Below, in pieces: positions 61,201 to 64,000 of a stretch of DNA of 64,000 nt. This DNA is from Opitutales bacterium (GTDB taxonomy: Bacteria > Verrucomicrobiota > Verrucomicrobiia > Opitutales > PNEW01), in NCBI GenBank assembly GCA_965197745.1, contig CBDANS010000007.1:416001-480000 (forward strand). The letters are read 5' to 3'. Both the position numbers and the translations under genes were made by a program. A model generated the notes under the pieces. It searched no databases. It saw only the letters and a list, made by a program, of their open reading frames with translations, and was not told the DNA's origin. Position 1 is the stretch's first letter, and each line of letters starts with the position of its first letter.

Positions 61201-62388
61201 ATGTCATATCAGAGAATAGGAGGCCACCCGGTGTGGGGAGAGCCCTTGCAGAATGCAGTTGATCAAATTGAAAACTGCGCGAGGGAGGCGGCGTATGTTG
61301 CCTTGATGGCGGACCATCACCTGGGTTATGCGGTGCCCATTGGCGGCGTTGTCGCCTACGAAGGTCGGGTTAGTCCATCCGGTGTTGGTTACGATATATC
61401 ATGCGGGAACAAAGCGGTTCGCCTTGATGTGGAGGCTAAAGAAATCACCGCGAACATTTCCAAAATCATGGATGATATATGGCGCTCCCTATCCTTTGGG
61501 GTTGGGCGTAAAAACAAAGAACGCGTTGATCACGATCTTTTTTATGATGATCCAGCCTGGAGTATTGAGATTGCGGCAAGTTTGAAGCAATTAGCACGTG
61601 ATCAATTAGGAACTATAGGATCGGGAAATCATTTCGTGGATATCTTCATAGATGAAGAGGAAAGGGTATGGTGTGGCGTTCATTTTGGATCCCGCGGACT
61701 GGGGCATAAAATCGCCACTTATTACATAAAAGCCGGTGGTGGAAAAGATGGGATCAATGTCGATCCCGTGCTCCTGGAGGAGAAATCACAACTGGGTAAA
61801 GAATACATTGCCTGTATGGAGCTGGCTGGACGTTATGCCTATGCCGGGCGAGACTGGGTATGTAATAAAGTAGCATCTATCCTGGGTGCTGAAATTATGG
61901 AAGAAGTTCATAACCATCATAATTTCGCCTGGGAAGAAATGCACGGGGGTCAGAAATATTGGGTGGTTCGCAAAGGCGCTACACCGGCGTGGCCGGGGCA
62001 AAAGGGTTTTGTTGGTGGTACCATGGGAGAAATTTCTGTGATCATCGAAGGGGTAGAGTCCGATGAAAGTAAAATCGCGATGTACTCCACGGTGCATGGC
62101 GCGGGGCGGGTCCTTTCACGGACACAGGCAGCGGGTAGAAGAAAATGGAGAAAGAAAAAATCGACGCGCCCATCAGAGGGAATGATCAGCAAAGAGATGA
62201 TGCATACCTGGGTGAAAAAAGCAGGTGTTGAATTGCGAGGCGCGGGAACCGATGAATCGCCCCATTGCTACAAGCGGTTAGAGGAAGTGCTGGGTTACCA
62301 CGAAAATACAATTAAAGTAGTTCACAAGTTGAAACCTATTGGTGTGGCAATGGCGGGTGAAAATGAGTTTGACCCGTTTAGAGACTGA
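61201..62388 (+). CDS. rtcB: RtcB family RNA ligase
   Basis: DHHLGYAVPIG, VGYDISCG, GSGNHF, HFGSRG, HNHHN, RKGAT, HGAGR, DESP..YK. Confidence 0.95.
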   Translation: MSYQRIGGHPVWGEPLQNAVDQIENCAREAAYVALMADHHLGYAVPIGGVVAYEGRVSPSGVGYDISCGNKAVRLDVEAKEITANISKIMDDIWRSLSFGVGRKNKERVDHDLFYDDPAWSIEIAASLKQLARDQLGTIGSGNHFVDIFIDEEERVWCGVHFGSRGLGHKIATYYIKAGGGKDGINVDPVLLEEKSQLGKEYIACMELAGRYAYAGRDWVCNKVASILGAEIMEEVHNHHNFAWEEMHGGQKYWVVRKGATPAWPGQKGFVGGTMGEISVIIEGVESDESKIAMYSTVHGAGRVLSRTQAAGRRKWRKKKSTRPSEGMISKEMMHTWVKKAGVELRGAGTDESPHCYKRLEEVLGYHENTIKVVHKLKPIGVAMAGENEFDPFRD

Positions 62389-62428
62389 CCCGTATCTTGG
62401 TTTTGATCAGTGAATAGGGTGTCACGAA

Positions 62429-63001
62429 ATGAAAAAATCCGGAAAATTATCGTTTACCTTTATCGTCGTAATCATCGTAGTTTATATCGTCTTTCGCGTT
62501 TCAGGATTCATTGATGCTCCTGAATCCTGGCCTACTTATACTTCAATGGACGGCGGCTTTTCTATCCTTACTCCTGGAAGTTTACAAACTTCTGACTTGA
62601 AAGTGCCTACAATCTACGGAGACCTGAATTTCAAAGTTCACTCTATAAAATTTGTAAAGACGGTTTACAAGGTAGCGTATTCTCATGTGCCTATAGAAGT
62701 TCGGGAAGGTTTCTCGGATAATGATCTCCTCGGGATGGAGATGCTGTTTCTCGCCCAGGATGGATACCATTTAGGAGAAAACAACAGTTCACCCTGGGAG
62801 GGTCACCCTTCAGTTTACAGTGAATGGGATTCGACAGGTAGAACCTATCGGCTCATCAACCGAATTATTCTCGCGAATGATCGTCTCTATCGAGTGACTG
62901 TCCTCGTAGAAAACAATGCCCTTGAATCCGAACGCCCCTATTTTGAAAAGTTTTTAAATTCCTTTAAACTCACCGCCGAAAAGACAGGTGGCGGCTATTA
63001 G
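62429..63001 (+). CDS. Membrane-anchored hypothetical protein (possible PsbP-like fold)
   Basis: N-terminal TM; WPTYTS.DGGFSI.TPG; RLYRVTV; KFLNSFKL. Confidence 0.6.
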   Translation: MKKSGKLSFTFIVVIIVVYIVFRVSGFIDAPESWPTYTSMDGGFSILTPGSLQTSDLKVPTIYGDLNFKVHSIKFVKTVYKVAYSHVPIEVREGFSDNDLLGMEMLFLAQDGYHLGENNSSPWEGHPSVYSEWDSTGRTYRLINRIILANDRLYRVTVLVENNALESERPYFEKFLNSFKLTAEKTGGGY

Positions 63002-63005
63002 GATT

Positions 63006-63782
63006 TTATTCTTCCCAGGGATAATTTTCCGCGCAACCGGTGGGTTTCCAGCCCAGTATTTCTTTTGTGTGATCAGTGGACCGCCAGCGGTACCTGTTTT
63101 CGGAAATAGCGTCGAAGATATCAAACATCAGATCATCCGGGGCGCTGAGACACTTGTCGATCACCTGCAGGCAATCTGATTGTGAGAGATACCCGGGGTA
63201 TTGTCGGCGCAATTGAGGTCTGTCATTATCGTTCACCGCGCCGAGACGTATGACAAGCGTAGAGATTTCATGTTTGTCCACGTAAAATTGCCCCAGATTT
63301 TCACCAAAGATTTTACCGATAGCGTAGGGTGAATCGGGACGCACGGGCCAGGTTCGGTCCACCATTTCCCAGCTTTCAGGAATATCATCATCCGGTCCGT
63401 TGGCCAGGGTGCCGTAGGGATAGTCATCAACCCACTCATAGCCGAGCTGGGTACAGCCGCTGCTCATGTGGACTATTCGTTTAACCCCGGCTTCACGCGC
63501 TGCCTCGTAAACATTCAAGGTGCCCTGGACTGTAATGGCCATGGTGGCGCTCCAGTCATCGGTCAGTCCATAGGTAGCTGCCGCGAGATGAAGGACGCTG
63601 TGAATGCCATTGAAGGCAGATTTAATCGCTTCCGCGTCACTGATATCGGCTTGCAGGTTGGGAATTCCCTCAACCTCGCGTCGGTTCAAGCCGCTGAATT
63701 CATATTTATCACTGAGGTTTTTTAAGACCAGGCTACCAATCAGTCCGCTCGCTCCCGTAACTAACACTTTTTTCTTATCCAT
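63006..63782 (-). CDS. NAD-dependent epimerase/dehydratase family (uronate dehydrogenase-like)
   Basis: VTGASGLIG, LHLAA, RPDSPYAIGK, IRLG. Confidence 0.88.
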   Translation of the reverse strand: MDKKKVLVTGASGLIGSLVLKNLSDKYEFSGLNRREVEGIPNLQADISDAEAIKSAFNGIHSVLHLAAATYGLTDDWSATMAITVQGTLNVYEAAREAGVKRIVHMSSGCTQLGYEWVDDYPYGTLANGPDDDIPESWEMVDRTWPVRPDSPYAIGKIFGENLGQFYVDKHEISTLVIRLGAVNDNDRPQLRRQYPGYLSQSDCLQVIDKCLSAPDDLMFDIFDAISENRYRWRSTDHTKEILGWKPTGCAENYPWEE

Positions 63783-63843
63783 AATTTTAATTTTAAGTTC
63801 ACGTATACATCTACATTTTCAAAATCTGCATACTGATTCCAAT

Positions 63844-63871
63844 TTCATAATTCTTAATTCACAATTTTTAA
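63844..63871. repeat. Degenerate heptamer tandem TTCATAA-TTCTTAA-TTCACAA-TTTTTAA
   Basis: Four 7-nt units read directly; overlaps the stop codon of the partial minus-strand gene. Confidence 0.7.
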
Positions 63872-63999
63872 TTGGCTAAGATCACCTCTCGTCCCGACTG
63901 TGCCGATTTTTCACAGGTTTCATGAATTTCCATGACCCGCCGACCATGCAATTGTGGAATCGGCGTGTCGTCATCACCATTAATGATTGAAGCAATGAA
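63868..63999 (-). CDS. C-terminus of a probable Gfo/Idh/MocA oxidoreductase (runs off the window)
   Basis: Manual translation FIASIINGDDDTPIPQLHGRRVMEIHETCEKSAQSGREVILAN*, resembling the family's terminal SA..GR.V motif. Confidence 0.6.
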   Translation of the reverse strand, partial: FIASIINGDDDTPIPQLHGRRVMEIHETCEKSAQSGREVILAN

Positions 64000-64000
64000 T

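Noticed and set aside
388..63879. Many 60-160 aa ORFs overlapping larger genes (e.g. 6234..6644, 11287..11691, 25996..26475, 31434..31871)
   Set aside because: Antisense or alternate-frame shadows of well-supported CDSs with no family motifs
1..64000. Mobile elements, prophage, tRNA or rRNA genes
   Set aside because: No transposase, integrase, phage structural gene, terminal repeats or tRNA cloverleaf recognised by eye; a tRNAscan/Infernal run would be needed to exclude RNA genes fully

Overview
Bacterial genomic window made of accessory and metabolic genes. The host is probably Verrucomicrobiota (Opitutales-like), inferred from an Opitutae-type C-terminal domain in a secreted protein and PVC-style prepilin genes. 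I could not support any rRNA, tRNA, CRISPR array, integrase or transposase. Contents: many signalling genes (four hybrid histidine kinases, one simple kinase, two CheY-like receivers, an ECF sigma/anti-sigma unit); a three-gene minor-pilin cluster with a nearby PilB/GspE ATPase; five PhyH-family Fe(II)/2OG dioxygenases; two Na+/solute symporters; a sulfatase, a sialidase-like enzyme, GGT, an M16 peptidase, Lhr helicase, RtcB, MsrB and several oxidoreductases. The most striking feature is six genes broken by about ten small indels or in-frame stops, four of them in one six-PAS kinase. One lesion hides a metzincin zinc motif from the ORF track. Best leads for undescribed biology: a PhyH protein with a halogenase-like H-x-G motif, a Rok/H-NS-like candidate nucleoid protein, a Cys-motif DUF1573-rhodanese-MauE triad, a DUF899-MsrB couple, a kinase-receiver-small protein-PilB operon, and two multi-hairpin intergenic segments. 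All family calls are from motif recognition by eye; no database searches were run.
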